Of a stretch of 64,000 bases of DNA, positions 41,663 to 54,173 are shown in pieces. The position numbers and the translations under genes are program-made. The notes below the pieces were generated by a model that saw nothing but the letters and a program-made list of their open reading frames with translations, did not search any database and was not told the DNA's origin. Within the stretch, counting starts at the first letter, position 1. Each line of letters starts with the position of its first letter. The DNA lies in assembly GCA_951406725.2 (NCBI GenBank), contig OX597816.1, forward strand, positions 16,678,001 through 16,742,000, read 5' to 3'. Source of the DNA: Octopus vulgaris. Its lineage: Eukaryota.

Positions 41663-42839
41663 AAGGAGAATTGATAAGAAATTTAATACAGTATAATGTA
41701 ACACAGACAGGTTGCAAAGCAGCCCCTACCCTGATAATGCTGGTTCCTCTTTCTATTCCCTACTTCTGGAGCTTTCAATTTTCTCATGAAAATTATTTAC
41801 ATGTATTAATCATTTCTCTTGTTAATAGATTAAAGTTTAAGATAAGATTAACTGAAATGATGATGAAATAGACTGAATAAGTTTGGTTAATCCCTAGATT
41901 AACCTGGCCATGGTCTTTCTTTTAGGGTGGGGGCATTGTGCACCTAGGATGATGAATGTATTTATCATCCTAGGTTCACAATACTAGAGAGTAAAGTATA
42001 ATTTAAGGGAAATTTAGTTGCTATATCTAGCAGAGTAACCATATAGTAGCTTCCTTATTGGTTTATGTAGTGAGTAGTTCACATTTACTTGAGAATATAG
42101 ATTTAAGATATTTTCAATAATCACCTATCTCTATGGCTTATCTTGGGTATATAATTTACACATTTCTCTATCCAAAGTTAACTTCTAATACAATATAATT
42201 TGCACCAAACATTTTCTTGGAAAATTTCAAAATTTTGGGCAAAAAGATAAAATCATAATTTCAAGTATTTTTGTTTTTTTAAACAAATTGCCTTTCACTG
42301 TATTTGCTCAACTTATCTGAATGGAAACAGGTGCAGCTATCTTTCAAATATTACTAGTTTATCTGAGAACATAATCTGGTGCTTAATTAAAACAGTATCT
42401 GCAAAATACATTCCATAAATAGTGGTTCCAGCAACGATTCTATAAGAGTAACAATTGTAATGATAGATAAATACCGTAGTAAGTGACATGAAACCATAAA
42501 TCCTTTGGCTCTCATTTTGATTCGTTATATAACCAAATTACTTACTAATCTATCAGATCTGGAACTAAATGCATTATTTTGCTTCTCGTTTCTCCTTTCC
42601 TTGTCTTATCAGACTATGGTTATTTTTACACATAGTCAATGAAGATACTAAAGGAAACACAGTATTCGTGGTAGAGAGATGGAAAATAGATTTAAAGATT
42701 TGTTAGAATTCTAGTAACTATTTTAGCAATAGTTACAAAGTGAAATATAGTGAAATATATAACTTAAACAACAGAGACTTAATCTGTTGGCTGGTTTAAT
42801 AACCTCACACCTGATAGTAGTAAGAAGCCTTGAGCACAT

Positions 42840-43260
42840 CTCAAATTCCACTGAACAAGTGATTGTGTAGGAACTAATTGTGTTCTGGGAAGAACATATG
42901 GAAGAGGCCCATGAGAAAAAGCTTGTTAAATACTAAGAACTGGTAGAGCAGGGCAGAAATCAGAGCTGGCAGGCAAGTAGAAGTAGACTGCCAGGGTTCT
43001 GTGGGGGTGTCAGGCAACTGAAGTAGACTGCCAGGGTTCTGTGGGGGTGTCTATTCTGTTAATCACTGACTGGGTTTGGAGTTACTGGTGTAGCAAAGAG
43101 GAGGGCTATAAATTTCATTGCTGAAGCTGCAGAAAAGACCCCTAGGTGATTTGCATAAAGTGGGCAGACTGGCGGGTTTTCTGCTAATGGGATGCAAGTT
43201 TGGACTCAGTCAATCCCAGAAACATCCCTGATGATGCATCTCAGAGTATCCACAAGATGT
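42840..43260 (+). mobile_element. HERO-like non-LTR retrotransposon 3' end
   Basis: ELIVFWEEHMEEAHEKKLVKY*ELVEQGR..VEVDCQG resembles the ELTVPWEE..AHERK..KY..VEVGCRGF REase; internal ~30-bp duplication. Confidence 0.7.
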
Positions 43261-44626
43261 ATCTTGGGACTGTAAACAAGTCTTCCTCTGGTCTGTATAA
43301 AACTTTTTCTCTTTTTACCACCAGTCATGGAGATCCTTTAAAGTGTCATGGCTGCTACCTTTCTCCTTTGTCTAAGCTATAGTTTGAATCGTTTACATTT
43401 CATGACTGGCTAGGATTATAGTAGAAGGTAGTCGTCTTAGGTGCTGTGCAGCAGGACTGAACTTGAAACAACGTGGTTGCAAAATGGGCTTTTTTACCAC
43501 ACAACCAATAACAAAAGAATATTTAAATGACTCTTTAATATGTTGATAAATTGTTTTTTAGCTTGAAAATTGGCTCCAGCATTGTTCAAGATCAGGGGTG
43601 GTGTTATAGAAAGCAGTGACATAGAGTAATGATTTAGCTGGCCTATGGGAACATATTTAACAGTCTAAAGGAGCTAATCTTCTGAGTACATTAGCAGGAG
43701 CGTGCTAACTATTGACTAATATAATTAATATGGGGTTAGAAACTGGTAACTTACAATGATTTATAATTATTTCTCGTAGTCATTAAGAAAAATATATTTT
43801 ATTAATGTACTTCTGGGAGTGCTAAACACATGACTACACAATATGGTGCAATTAGATAATCAGAAGAACAAGAAGAAAAAGACCAACCAATTGAACATAA
43901 CATATAGAAGAGGAGCGTGAGAAAGAGTGCAGATTAATCTTTGGACAGAAGAATTGAATTGATATTTGCAGTAACCATCTAAAGTTATAATGGAGAAATA
44001 AACATACTGGAAACAAACTATTGAAAGAAATTTCTAAATGTGGAAAACAATGAGTCAATGAATAGTTCCTCTAATCATGTAGAAAATGAATAAATAATTT
44101 CAAGAATTGAAATAAAGGAACAAAATTGAAATAGAAAAATATGAAAATGAATAATTAAAAGCTTAAATGTGAAAGTGAAGAAACAAAATTCTAGAACTCA
44201 TTAGAAATATAGAAAATGTTATGCAGATAATTAAAGTAAAATAAATCGCTTTATAAATATATTGTTTTGAAAAGCACATTTATTTTAAAATTTTATGATA
44301 GTTAAAGAACAATTTTATTATTTGAAATAAAGACTGATAAATATTTTAGATATCATTATTAAAATTTGACTCCTATGAATGGCTTGCCAGATCATCATCA
44401 TTATCAAGCTGATCTAGTTTTCATTGAAGTTAATTTTTGATAAAAATGTTAATATTATAGGAACAATATTCACTTTGAAAAGCAGTAGTGTTATATTTTT
44501 AAATCATTTATAATGTATTTGTTGTGTCTCAAAAAACAATAGCATAGTTATTTTGATCCATTTCATTTGAAGTGAAAGGTATATGTTGAGGAAGCTTTTT
44601 AGGATTATGACTGCTAGCGAGCATAA

Positions 44627-45144
44627 TCTATATATATAAAACTGTAGTTGTGTGAGTGTCTGTCCCCTTCGATTTAGATTCCTAACTCCTCCCACATTTT
44701 GCGGTGCAGTTTAACCAAATTCGGGTATCTTATAGTCGTGATTCATATCGAGCCCGTCTGGCTATTAGCGCGCGTCAACGATGAGTCTACGATTTTAAAA
44801 ATAATTTAACATAATTTTTTATTCCATTTTAATGCATAATTTTTCGTGTGTCGATGGCGGCGGAGTTGGCGTCCACGCTCAAACACCTGCACCTGTGTTT
44901 GCTTCTCCCCCTTCTTCCCTCCCTCGTGAAGCTGTGGGGGAAGGCAGTGTAAGGAAATCAACGTCGTAAAGCGTTGTCAAGGAGACCAGCGTTCTTTTAG
45001 AACAACGACTTCATGGCTTGAAGACACCAAAACAGAAATGGCTAAGAAAGCCCGAATTGGCATCTATAAGGGAAGTAACTCTCTAAAAATGCTTATATAG
45101 TTATTTCCCTTACAAACCCGAGCAACGCCGGGCGATACTGCTAG
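44627..45144 (+). mobile_element. Non-autonomous Helitron, family A
   Basis: Same termini and body as 12190-12698, inserted between A and T. Confidence 0.85.
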
Positions 45145-45385
45145 TTGTTTAATAAATTAACTCTTTCGGTTTCAATGTACTGCAAGCATTACTGACCCCG
45201 AGCTAGCTGGCTTTCGTAAAAATAAGAGTTGCCCATATGTTTAAATGAAGGTAAAACAGTTATTAGCATATAAGGCTTCTTCATCAGAAACCAATGAACA
45301 AAATTTTTCACACACACACACACACACAGAGTATCAAGGTAGTGCAGGTGATACATTAATATCAAGCACATTGGGAGGTTACTAT

Positions 45386-45786
45386 TTACTCTTTTACTTG
45401 TTTCAGTCATTTGACTGCGGCCATGCTGGAGCACCACCTTTAATCGAGCAACTCGACCCCGGGACTTATTCTTTTGTAAGCCCAGTACTTATTCTATCGG
45501 TCTCTTTTGCCGAACTGCTAAGTAACGGGGACATAAACACACCAGCATCGGTTGTCAAGCAATGCTAGGGGACAAACACAGACACACAAACACACACACG
45601 CATATATATATATATATATATACGACGGGCTTCTTTCAGTTTCCATCTACCAAATCCACTCACAAGGCTTTGGTCGGCCCGAGGCTATAGTAGAAGACAC
45701 TTGCCTAAGGTGCCATGCAGTGGGACTGAACTCAGAACCATGTGGTTGGTAAACAAGCTACTTACCACACAGCCACTCCTGCGCCT
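45386..45786 (-). mobile_element. SINE family S1
   Basis: Full-length, CpG-rich copy. Confidence 0.85.
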
Positions 45787-45894
45787 ACATTTCATGTACT
45801 AAAACATTTTATATGGATTAATGCAATTCAAATGTGTTAATTAAGAAGTTGTATCTTTCATTAAAAAGAAACCCAACAAATATATAATATAGGG

Positions 45895-46375
45895 AAGCAC
45901 CTGTGTTGGTGTCACAGGAAAAGCACTGTGATGGTGGCACATATAAGGCACTGGTGCTGGTGGAATGTAAAAAGTATCCAGTACACCCTGTTAAGTGGTT
46001 GGCATTAGGATGGGCATCCAACCACAGAAAACTTACCAAAAACAGACTATAGCAGTCTGGAGCAGCTCTCCAGCTTGCCAGCTCCTGACAAACCGTGTAT
46101 CCCATGCCAGCATGGAAAATAGACGTTAAATGATGAGGATGAGGAGGAGGAGGAGGAAACAGAAAGGTGGATGAAGGAAAGAACGAGATATTTACTTAAC
46201 TTGCCAGAAAAATAGTAAATTATCATCATCATCATCATCATCGTTTAATATCCGTTTTCCGTGCTAGCACAGGTTGGACGGTTTGACCGGGGTCTGGGAA
46301 GCCAGGAGGCTGCACCAGGCTCCAGTCTGATCTGGCAGTGTTCCTACAGCTGGATGCCCTTCCTAACGCCAACCA
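45895..46375. mobile_element. Two RTE-tail repeats in tail-to-tail orientation
   Basis: Plus copy 45895-46155 and minus copy 46223-46375. Confidence 0.75.
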
Positions 46376-46552
46376 TACTAAATATAAATAGCTAGAACAT
46401 AAAGGTAAAGATTTCTATAGTGTGTTCCTGAGAAGATAACCAATTTTCAACTTTATATAATGTAAACAGAACAAGCTGTGATAGAGATATGTTTTGTCAA
46501 ATCAACAGGAATTATGATAAATACAGAATGGACTTTGAGAAAATATAACAAA

Positions 46553-46951
46553 CTAGCAGCATAGCCCGGCGTTGCCCGGTATGTAAGAGCCCCTAGTAGG
46601 CAACGACTAATCCCAATCTAGTTCTTTCCCTCTAGGGAATGAAGGCACATGTGTAGGTTGCAATGTCTTCTCTTCACTCGAATACTTCTATGTATACGAT
46701 GTTCCTAGCTGTCTCCCGACAGAAAATGTGTTGCATATAAAAAGCTTAGATTCTCGACCCCATGTCGAATTTATCGATTTTTTTCAGAACTGGGGGAGCT
46801 TATCAAAATGTTCACTGCGTTAGTTTTGAATTATGACATTGGGCTATGTGTGTGTCAAGTTTCATCAGAATCGGTTGAAAGCCGTGGTCAGGGTGAGGGT
46901 ACAACCTGACAGCCACACAGACAGACAAACTGCCGTTTATATATAGAGAGA
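46553..46951 (-). mobile_element. Non-autonomous Helitron, family B
   Basis: Minus strand A|TCTCTCTATATAT..ccgggcaacgccgggctatgctgCTAG|T. Confidence 0.85.
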
Positions 46952-47640
46952 TATTCAGATCATAAATGTGTCTGTTATTTAGATTATCTAAAATGCTATC
47001 TATAGAACTGACAAGGTAGCTTTTACATGATTAGTCAACTTGGTACAAGTAGCAACCAATTTTCCTTGAAGACCCACCCAACCAGTCGGAGAAAGGAACG
47101 GACACATTGGTTAATGTAGTCTTACAAATGCATACAATGATGGAATGGTTATAGCTGGAGTGTCTTTGAACATTGGCCAGATCAATCACAGCTGACCCGG
47201 GGCTAAATAACAACAACAAGAGCATCTATGTTTCAAAGCTAAATGAAAGAAGTTTAGGGAAATGTTTCCTTTGTTAATAAAATATGGTTTCTTTTACTTT
47301 AGACATAGCGAAGAATATGGTAAAGAATCTGTCAGAAATATGTTTTACGACAGTGAAGTAGAAGACCAAGCAGAGAAATGATATATGAACTGCAAAATGC
47401 ATAATGTAACAGTGAAAAGAACTGAGAGGAAAAGAATTTAAAATGGATTTTAGTATTATAGGAAGCATTCAAGAGGAATAACTGAATAAGAATAGCTGAA
47501 TGATAAAGTTGCTCTAGAATAGAGGTTCTCAAACTTTTGAATCAATCAACCCTATCATGGACTTACAGAGCTTTTACTGACCCCGCAGTCATGTGCACAT
47601 ACACAAATACACACATTCATCATTGTCATCATCATCATCT

Positions 47641-48040
47641 GTTTCTTTATTACCCACAAGGGGCTAAACATAGAGGGGACAAACAAGGACAGACAAACGG
47701 ATTAAGTCAATTATATCGACCCCAGTGCGTAACTGGTACTTATTTAATCGACCCCGAAAGGATGAAAGGCAAAGTGAACCTCAGCGGAATTTGAACTCAG
47801 AACGTAGCGGCAGACGAAATATCTACTTCTTTACTACCCACAAGGGGCTAAACACAGAGAGGACAAACAGATTAAATCGATTTATATCGACCCCAATGTG
47901 TAACTGGTACTTATTTAATCGATCCTGAAAGGATGAAAGCAAAGTCGACCTTGGTGGAATTTGAACTCAGAACGTAGCAGCAGGCGAAATACTGCTGAGC
48001 ATTTTGCCCGGCGTGCTAACGTTTCTGCCAGCTCACTGCC
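47641..48040 (-). mobile_element. SINE family S2, tandem dimer
   Basis: Two units joined at gacgaaata(t)cta(c)ttctttactaccc. Confidence 0.8.
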
Positions 48041-48681
48041 TGACACCATCGTCATCATTATCATCATCATCATTTTAATGTTCACTTTTGAAACAAGTCA
48101 GATGGAGTTTATTGAGGTAGATTTTCTCCAGCTGATCACTCTTCCGCTTGCCAACCCTCACCTGTTTACATGCAAGGTAAAAAATGTCCTTATGACCAGA
48201 CATATTCTTTCAGAATTGTGGAATTCAGTGACAGATTGCATATTATAGTGATAACCATTTACAACCAACACATTGTCAAGACAAGGAAACAGAAACACAC
48301 TCACACATACATCATCATCATCAGTCAATGTCTGTTTTCCATGTTTGAATGGTTTGGCTAGAGCTGGCAAGTTGGATAGCTGCACCAGATTCCAGTCATC
48401 TGTTTTCACTTGGTTTCTCTTGCTGGATGCCCTTTCTAATGTTAACCACTTAACAAAGTGTACTGGGTGTTTTTACATGGCTCACCAGCACAGGTGATTT
48501 TTATGTGGCACCACCACAGGTGCTTTTTGATGGCTTTCTTTCAGTTTCTGTCTACCAAATCCACTCACAGGGCTTTGGTTCATCTGAGATAAGAGCTGAA
48601 ATTTGCCAAAGGACTGAACCCAGAACCTTATGGTGGGGAAGCAAATTTCTTACCACACAGAGTGAAATAGTATAGCATTAT

Positions 48682-49095
48682 ATTTCTTTACTACCCACAA
48701 GGGGCTAAACACAAAGGGGACAAACAAGGACAGACAAAGGGGTTAAGTCGATTACATCGACCCCAGTGCATAACTGGTACTTATTTAATCAATCCCGAAA
48801 AGATGAAAGGCAAAGTCGACCTCAGCAGAATTTGAACTCAGAACATAACAGCAGATGAAATACCTATTTCTCTACTACCCACAAGGGGCTAAACACAGAG
48901 AGGACAAACAAGAACAGACAAAGGGGTTAAGTTGATTACATCGACCCCAGTGCATAACTGGTACTTAATTTATCAACCCTGAAAGGATGAAAGGCAAAAT
49001 CAACCTTAGCAGAATTTGAACTTAGAACATAACAGCAGATGAAATACCGCTCAGCATTTCGTGCGGCAAGCTAACGTTTCTGCCAGCTCGTCACC
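48682..49095 (-). mobile_element. SINE family S2, tandem dimer with 20-bp TSD
   Basis: TSD cacagagtgaaatagtatag at 48656-48675 and 49106-49125. Confidence 0.8.
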
Positions 49096-50288
49096 TATAC
49101 TATTTCACAGAGTGAAATAGTATAGAATTCTGTGATTTTAGTAGAGGGAATTCAAAAGTAGATCTATGTGTGTACATTCATAAAATCAGTTCATTATCAG
49201 AGATAACCTATTTTAAACAATAAAAATTGTAAACAATATTTGAAAAGTCATTAAATTATCTTCTCTTTTGTTTTTTTTTTTATATCAGCAATAAATTAAT
49301 ATATAGAAACATTTCAAATGTTAGCATTACTGATTGTTAGATTGTTAGAAATCAAAGGAAATTAATTCACCCTACAGTGTGTTTGAAAATATAGACAACC
49401 ATATAAAGCATATTCAAAAGAAGCCATCGTTTATTTTTTTTACAATGTCATATATTTATCATTTGAAACATTGGTGGCTCATACTCTGTGGCTGATAAAA
49501 ACTGATAATTGATTTATCTTAAGAATGCTAACATAGCAAAAATCCACTTTTAAATTTATTCCAGTAAACTTTGAGATTGCTAAATAAGCTAATTTTCCAG
49601 TAAACTCTCCTATCTTCTTTCTTTTTTTTCTTTTGTTTTTGTTGCTAATATAATATGTTTTCGCTATTTCTAGCTTAATGATATCAAGAATAGAAAATAT
49701 CTAAAGGAATATTCATATTCACAGTGAAACTACAAACAAATATTTATACTTACAAGCAGAACTAATTCTATACAATAAATTTAAAAAAAAAACAAATACC
49801 TCAGTAGGCAGATAGGAAAAAAAGATTATGCAAGCAGCCTTAATAATGTAGGAGACAAACAAAAATCAGAAGAAATAAAAATATTTTTTTGTTAAAGAAG
49901 TTTACAGTGTTAATGAGATGGACCGTTAACAATAGCCTGAATATAGAAATAAAAATTTGTGACTTTGATTCTGAGGTCATTACATTCACCCAATATTTTG
50001 TCTGTGTCTTTGTTTACTTAGCATATATAGGAACTGACTCTAGAGTAATCTCCCTTCCTTCCTGTAGCCAGCACAAAAGCACACATATTGGATAATTGAC
50101 AGAGTCTAAAGTTCTTGGATGCCTGTGGGTCCCTCACTTCTATTTCTTATTTCTTATTTACTATAAAAAACATGGAAAAATACTGACAACCAGAATGATT
50201 TAATGTTAATCCAAACTTCACTCCTGCTTCTAAAGAATGGCTTCACTGGTATAGATTTCTTTAAAACATCTTTGAAACAGTAAACATG

Positions 50289-50670
50289 GAAGCACTCCGT
50301 CGATTACGATGACAAGGGTTCCGGTTGATCCGAATCAACGGAACAGCCTGCTCGTGAAATTAACGTGTAAGTGGCTGAGCACTCCACAGACACGTGTACC
50401 CTTAACGTAGTTCTCGGGGATATTCAGCGTGACACAGAGAGTGACAAGGCCGGCCCTTTGAAATACAGGTACAACAGAAACAGGAAGTAAGAGTGAGAGA
50501 AAGTTGTGGTGAAAGAGTACAGCAGGGATCACCACCATCCCCTGCCAGAGCCTCGTGGAGCTTTTAGGTGTTTTCGCTCAATAAACACTCACAACGCCCG
50601 GTCTGGGAATCGAAACCGCAATCCTATGACCGCGAGTCCACTGCCCTAACCACTGGGCCATTGCGCCTCC
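50289..50670 (-). mobile_element. Young tRNA-derived SINE
   Basis: ggaggcgcaatggcccagtggttagg..ggtttcgattccc head, CpG-rich; TSD agtaaacatg 50279-50288 / 50675-50684. Confidence 0.85.
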
Positions 50671-51067
50671 ATGAAGTAAACATGAATGCATGTAATAAGC
50701 TTAATATGCAGGCAACCTTTATATTTACCAAAAGCACATGAACACATCACAGATTCTACCTCATACAAGGATTGTTTTCAGAGATTGACAGCTTTATATA
50801 TTAAAGCTAAGTTTGAAATATTTGCCAGACACCAACTAGCAACAAAAACTGAGTGAATTAATGAGTTTCTTCAGGCACTATGCCAATTGGCAAAGGACGG
50901 CAACTTTCTGACACTTACTACTGAAATATACTGCAATGAATCAAAGAGGAATACCTTTACTTTGTACCTAATACGTCAATAACTTCCAGAGGGTAGACTA
51001 TTGACCAACTGATGCTTATGGTCAAGCTCAAGCTGTAGATCTGGCCTTGAACATTTAAGAATATAAA

Positions 51068-51377
51068 ATGGCACGTAAAAAGCACCATCCATTCATGGCC
51101 GTTGCCAGTCTCGCCTGGCCCCCGTGCCAGTGGCACGTAAAAAGCACCATCCATTCGTGGCCGTTTGCCAGCTCCGTCTGGCACCTGTGCGGGTGGCACG
51201 TAAAAAGCACCCACTACACTCGCAAAGTGGTTGGCGTTAGGAAGGGCATCCAGCCGTAGAAACACTACCGGATCAGACTGGGCCTGATGCAGCCTTCTGG
51301 CTTCACAGACACCAGCTGAACCGTCCAACCCATGCTAGCATGGAAAACGGACGCTAAATGATGATGATGATGTTGAT
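51068..51377 (+). mobile_element. RTE 3'-UTR/tail repeat inserted in Gypsy gag remnant
   Basis: Same family. Confidence 0.8.
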
Positions 51378-51524
51378 GAAAACTCATATCAACTTTACCA
51401 AACAATACCTTTAACAAACTGCATCAGTTACTCTAAAGAAGCTGTTACTTGTAAATCCACTGTAGCTGTTGTGGGTCCACAATCTAGAAAACAGTTGTGA
51501 TTTTACTAAGGGAATATACATAAC

Positions 51525-51661
51525 ACACATGGTTCTGGGTTCAGTCCCACTGTGTGGGACTTTGGGCAAGTGTCTACTACTATAGCCTCGGGCCAACCAA
51601 AGCCTTGTGAGTGGATTTGGTAGACGGAAACTGAAAGAAGCCCGTCGTATATATGTATATA

Positions 51662-51713
<52 letters not shown>

Positions 51714-51856
51714 TATATATATATGATATTATATTAAATTAGATAAAACCACTATTAGGCAAATCAAACAATGAAAAACTTAAGCCAATACATAAAATTA
51801 ATTATCTGATTTTTCCCTGTAAGTTTGGATTTATTCCCTAATATTTTATTATTAAT

Positions 51857-51892
<36 letters not shown>

Positions 51893-52110
51893 ATATGTTT
51901 GTGAGTCTGTGTTTGTCCCCCCCAACATCGCTTGACAACTGTTGCGGGTGTGTTTATGTCCCCGTAACTTAGTGGTTTGGCAAAAAAGACCGATAGAATA
52001 AGTACTGGGCTTACAAAGAATAAGTCCTGGGGACCGATTTGCTCAACTAAAGGCGGTGCTCCAGCATGGCCACAGTCAAATGACTGAAACAAGTCAAAAG
52101 AGTAAAAGAG
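51525..52110 (+). mobile_element. SINE family S1, 5'-truncated, with ~130-bp insertion inside its (TA)n
   Basis: Body matches the other copies; extra AT-rich segment 51724-51857. Confidence 0.8.
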
Positions 52111-52994
52111 ATGACACTGAAATATCGAAGTTGTGAGATAATGCATGATTAATTCAACACAATGTGAATAAATAAGCATTAAGATTTAACAGAATAAGCT
52201 GAATGCTAAATGATTAAGTAATCTTGTTTAATGGCAAAATTTACTCTAATCATCTGGTAATGTTAGGAATGTTATTAACTGATGCTTTTCTTGTGCTGAA
52301 AGGATACCACAATTTTATAAATCAACTAAAACTCTCTTGATTATAGCAAAAGTCCTTTCAAGTGTCTGAATATTGATTTTAAAGGCCCTCTGCCAACAAG
52401 CAATCAGAATTTATACTGGTTCACCATCAGAGATGATTAATCAAGGCTTGCCTGCTCTTCGGTGTTATGCTCGTGTTTCTGATCATATTGTTAAGAAATG
52501 CCATATAAACCTATTTGAAAATCTTTGATATGCCAGCTTCCATTCATTCCGACAGGGGAAACCTCCTTGATATCAGCAGAATTAAAAGCTTCCTGCACAG
52601 TTGAGGAGATGCTACAAGTCAAGGAGAAATGCACAGGTAGAGCGATACAAATGGTATCATATGGAAACTAATTAATCTCACTCTGAAATCCAAGAAGTTG
52701 TCACCCTCAAGAATAGGGAAGTTGTCTAACGAGATGTTCTTCACTCAATTCATTCCTTGATGTATACTGCAATACCAGAAACATGTTCTTTTTTTTTTTT
52801 TTTTTTGATATATATATATATATAGTTTTCAGCATCATTCAATTCTTGGTCAATTGAACCCAAGTAGGGTTCAATTGACCACAGAAAGTTCTCTCATCCA
52901 CAGAAAGTGTTAATCAAAAAGTGTTAATCAAAAAAGCATGTGTGCTACAGTAAATTTGACCCAAGATAAATAAACACACACACACACACTTATG

Positions 52995-53045
52995 TCATCA
53001 TCATCATCATCATCATGATCGTCGTCGTCGTCGTCGTCGTCATCG

Positions 53046-53079
<34 letters not shown>

Positions 53080-53146
53080 GATGATGATGATGATGATGAT
53101 CATCATCATCATCAACAACAACAGCAACAGCAACAACAACAACAAC

Positions 53147-53179
<33 letters not shown>
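52995..53179. repeat. Compound trinucleotide (CAT)(CGT)(CAT)(GAT)(CAT)(CAA)(TAA) tract
   Basis: Direct reading. Confidence 0.95.
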
Positions 53180-54054
53180 TTATTGTTCACTTTTCCATGC
53201 TTGCATGGCTCAGCTGAAACTTCACGGAGGTGAATTCTTCTACAGCTGAATACCATTTCTGTCATTTACCCTCACCTCTTTTCAAGCAAGGTAATAATAG
53301 TTCCCAGTTTGTCAAACAACGAAAAACCCAGACATGCTTTTGTTAAGGATTGCAAACAACTGACGACGTATAAATGTAAAATGGTTAGTTTTACAATCAG
53401 CACGCACACATCAAAACAAGGGCAATACACTATCATACTCTGCTTACATATATGATGGACTTCTTCCTGCTTTTGTTTCCCAAATTTCACTCACATGCTA
53501 TAGGTCAATCCATGGATATAGGCCAAGCAGTAAAAGCAAATCCTGAATCAAGTGGTTCCAAATTGCCCTTTTTAACCAATCAACCATATTTGAACTTTTA
53601 TATGAATGTGTAGCATGTGTGGCAGGGTGCATAAAATGTAGTCAAACACACACATATACAAATATAAACACACACATACAGATTTGTATACATGTGTACA
53701 TGCACAAACACTCATACATCATTATCATCTTTTAACGTCTGTTGTCCATGCTGTCATGGGTTGGACGGTTTGACCAGGGCTGGTAAGTTGAGGGGCTGCA
53801 CAAGACTCCAGTCTGATTTGGCATGGTTTCTTTGGCTGGTTGTCCTTCCTAATGCCAACCACTCTGATAGTATAAATTAACATACATTCACAAATCAACA
53901 AGCATGACATTAAAATAACTAATTTTGATTTGATTTATTCAAGGGATCTTGACTTCCAATAAATGGCATCTGAGCTGAGAAAGTTATGAAACAAATTAAT
54001 TCTGCTTATTGAAAATACCTTAGGAATGAGAACCCAGGTTCAAAATTCCCCCAT

Positions 54055-54173
54055 GCTTATGGCCATATCACGCTGAAAGCACCGATTCTCATCTGATCAC
54101 TGAAGTTAAGCAATGTTGAGCCTAGTTAGTACTTAGATGGACGACCACTTGGGAAACCTAGGTGCTGTAAGCA
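54055..54173 (+). pseudogene. 5S rRNA-derived copy (head of a probable SINE3-like element)
   Basis: 119 nt gcttatggccatatcacgctgaaagcacc..gaagttaagca..gttagtacttagatgg..gggaaacctaggtgctgtaagca; A and C boxes recognisable, many CpG-decay changes, no T-run terminator directly after. Confidence 0.85.

Larger units (their letters stand above)
50172..52720 (+). mobile_element. Second decayed Gypsy element (gag and integrase remnants) interrupted by three younger insertions
   Basis: MEKY*QPE*FNVNPNFTPASKEWLHW and LYIKAKFEIFARHQLAT align with the gag at 27249; SPFKCLNIDFKGPLP and FDMPASIHSDRG are integrase core motifs. Confidence 0.75.

Noticed and set aside
43225-43270. CTGATGA followed by a hairpin
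   Set aside because: No GAAA or stem III; part of the HERO-like 3' UTR
54055-54173. Functional 5S rRNA gene
   Set aside because: Solitary, multiple helix-disrupting substitutions, followed by a retroposon tail instead of a terminator
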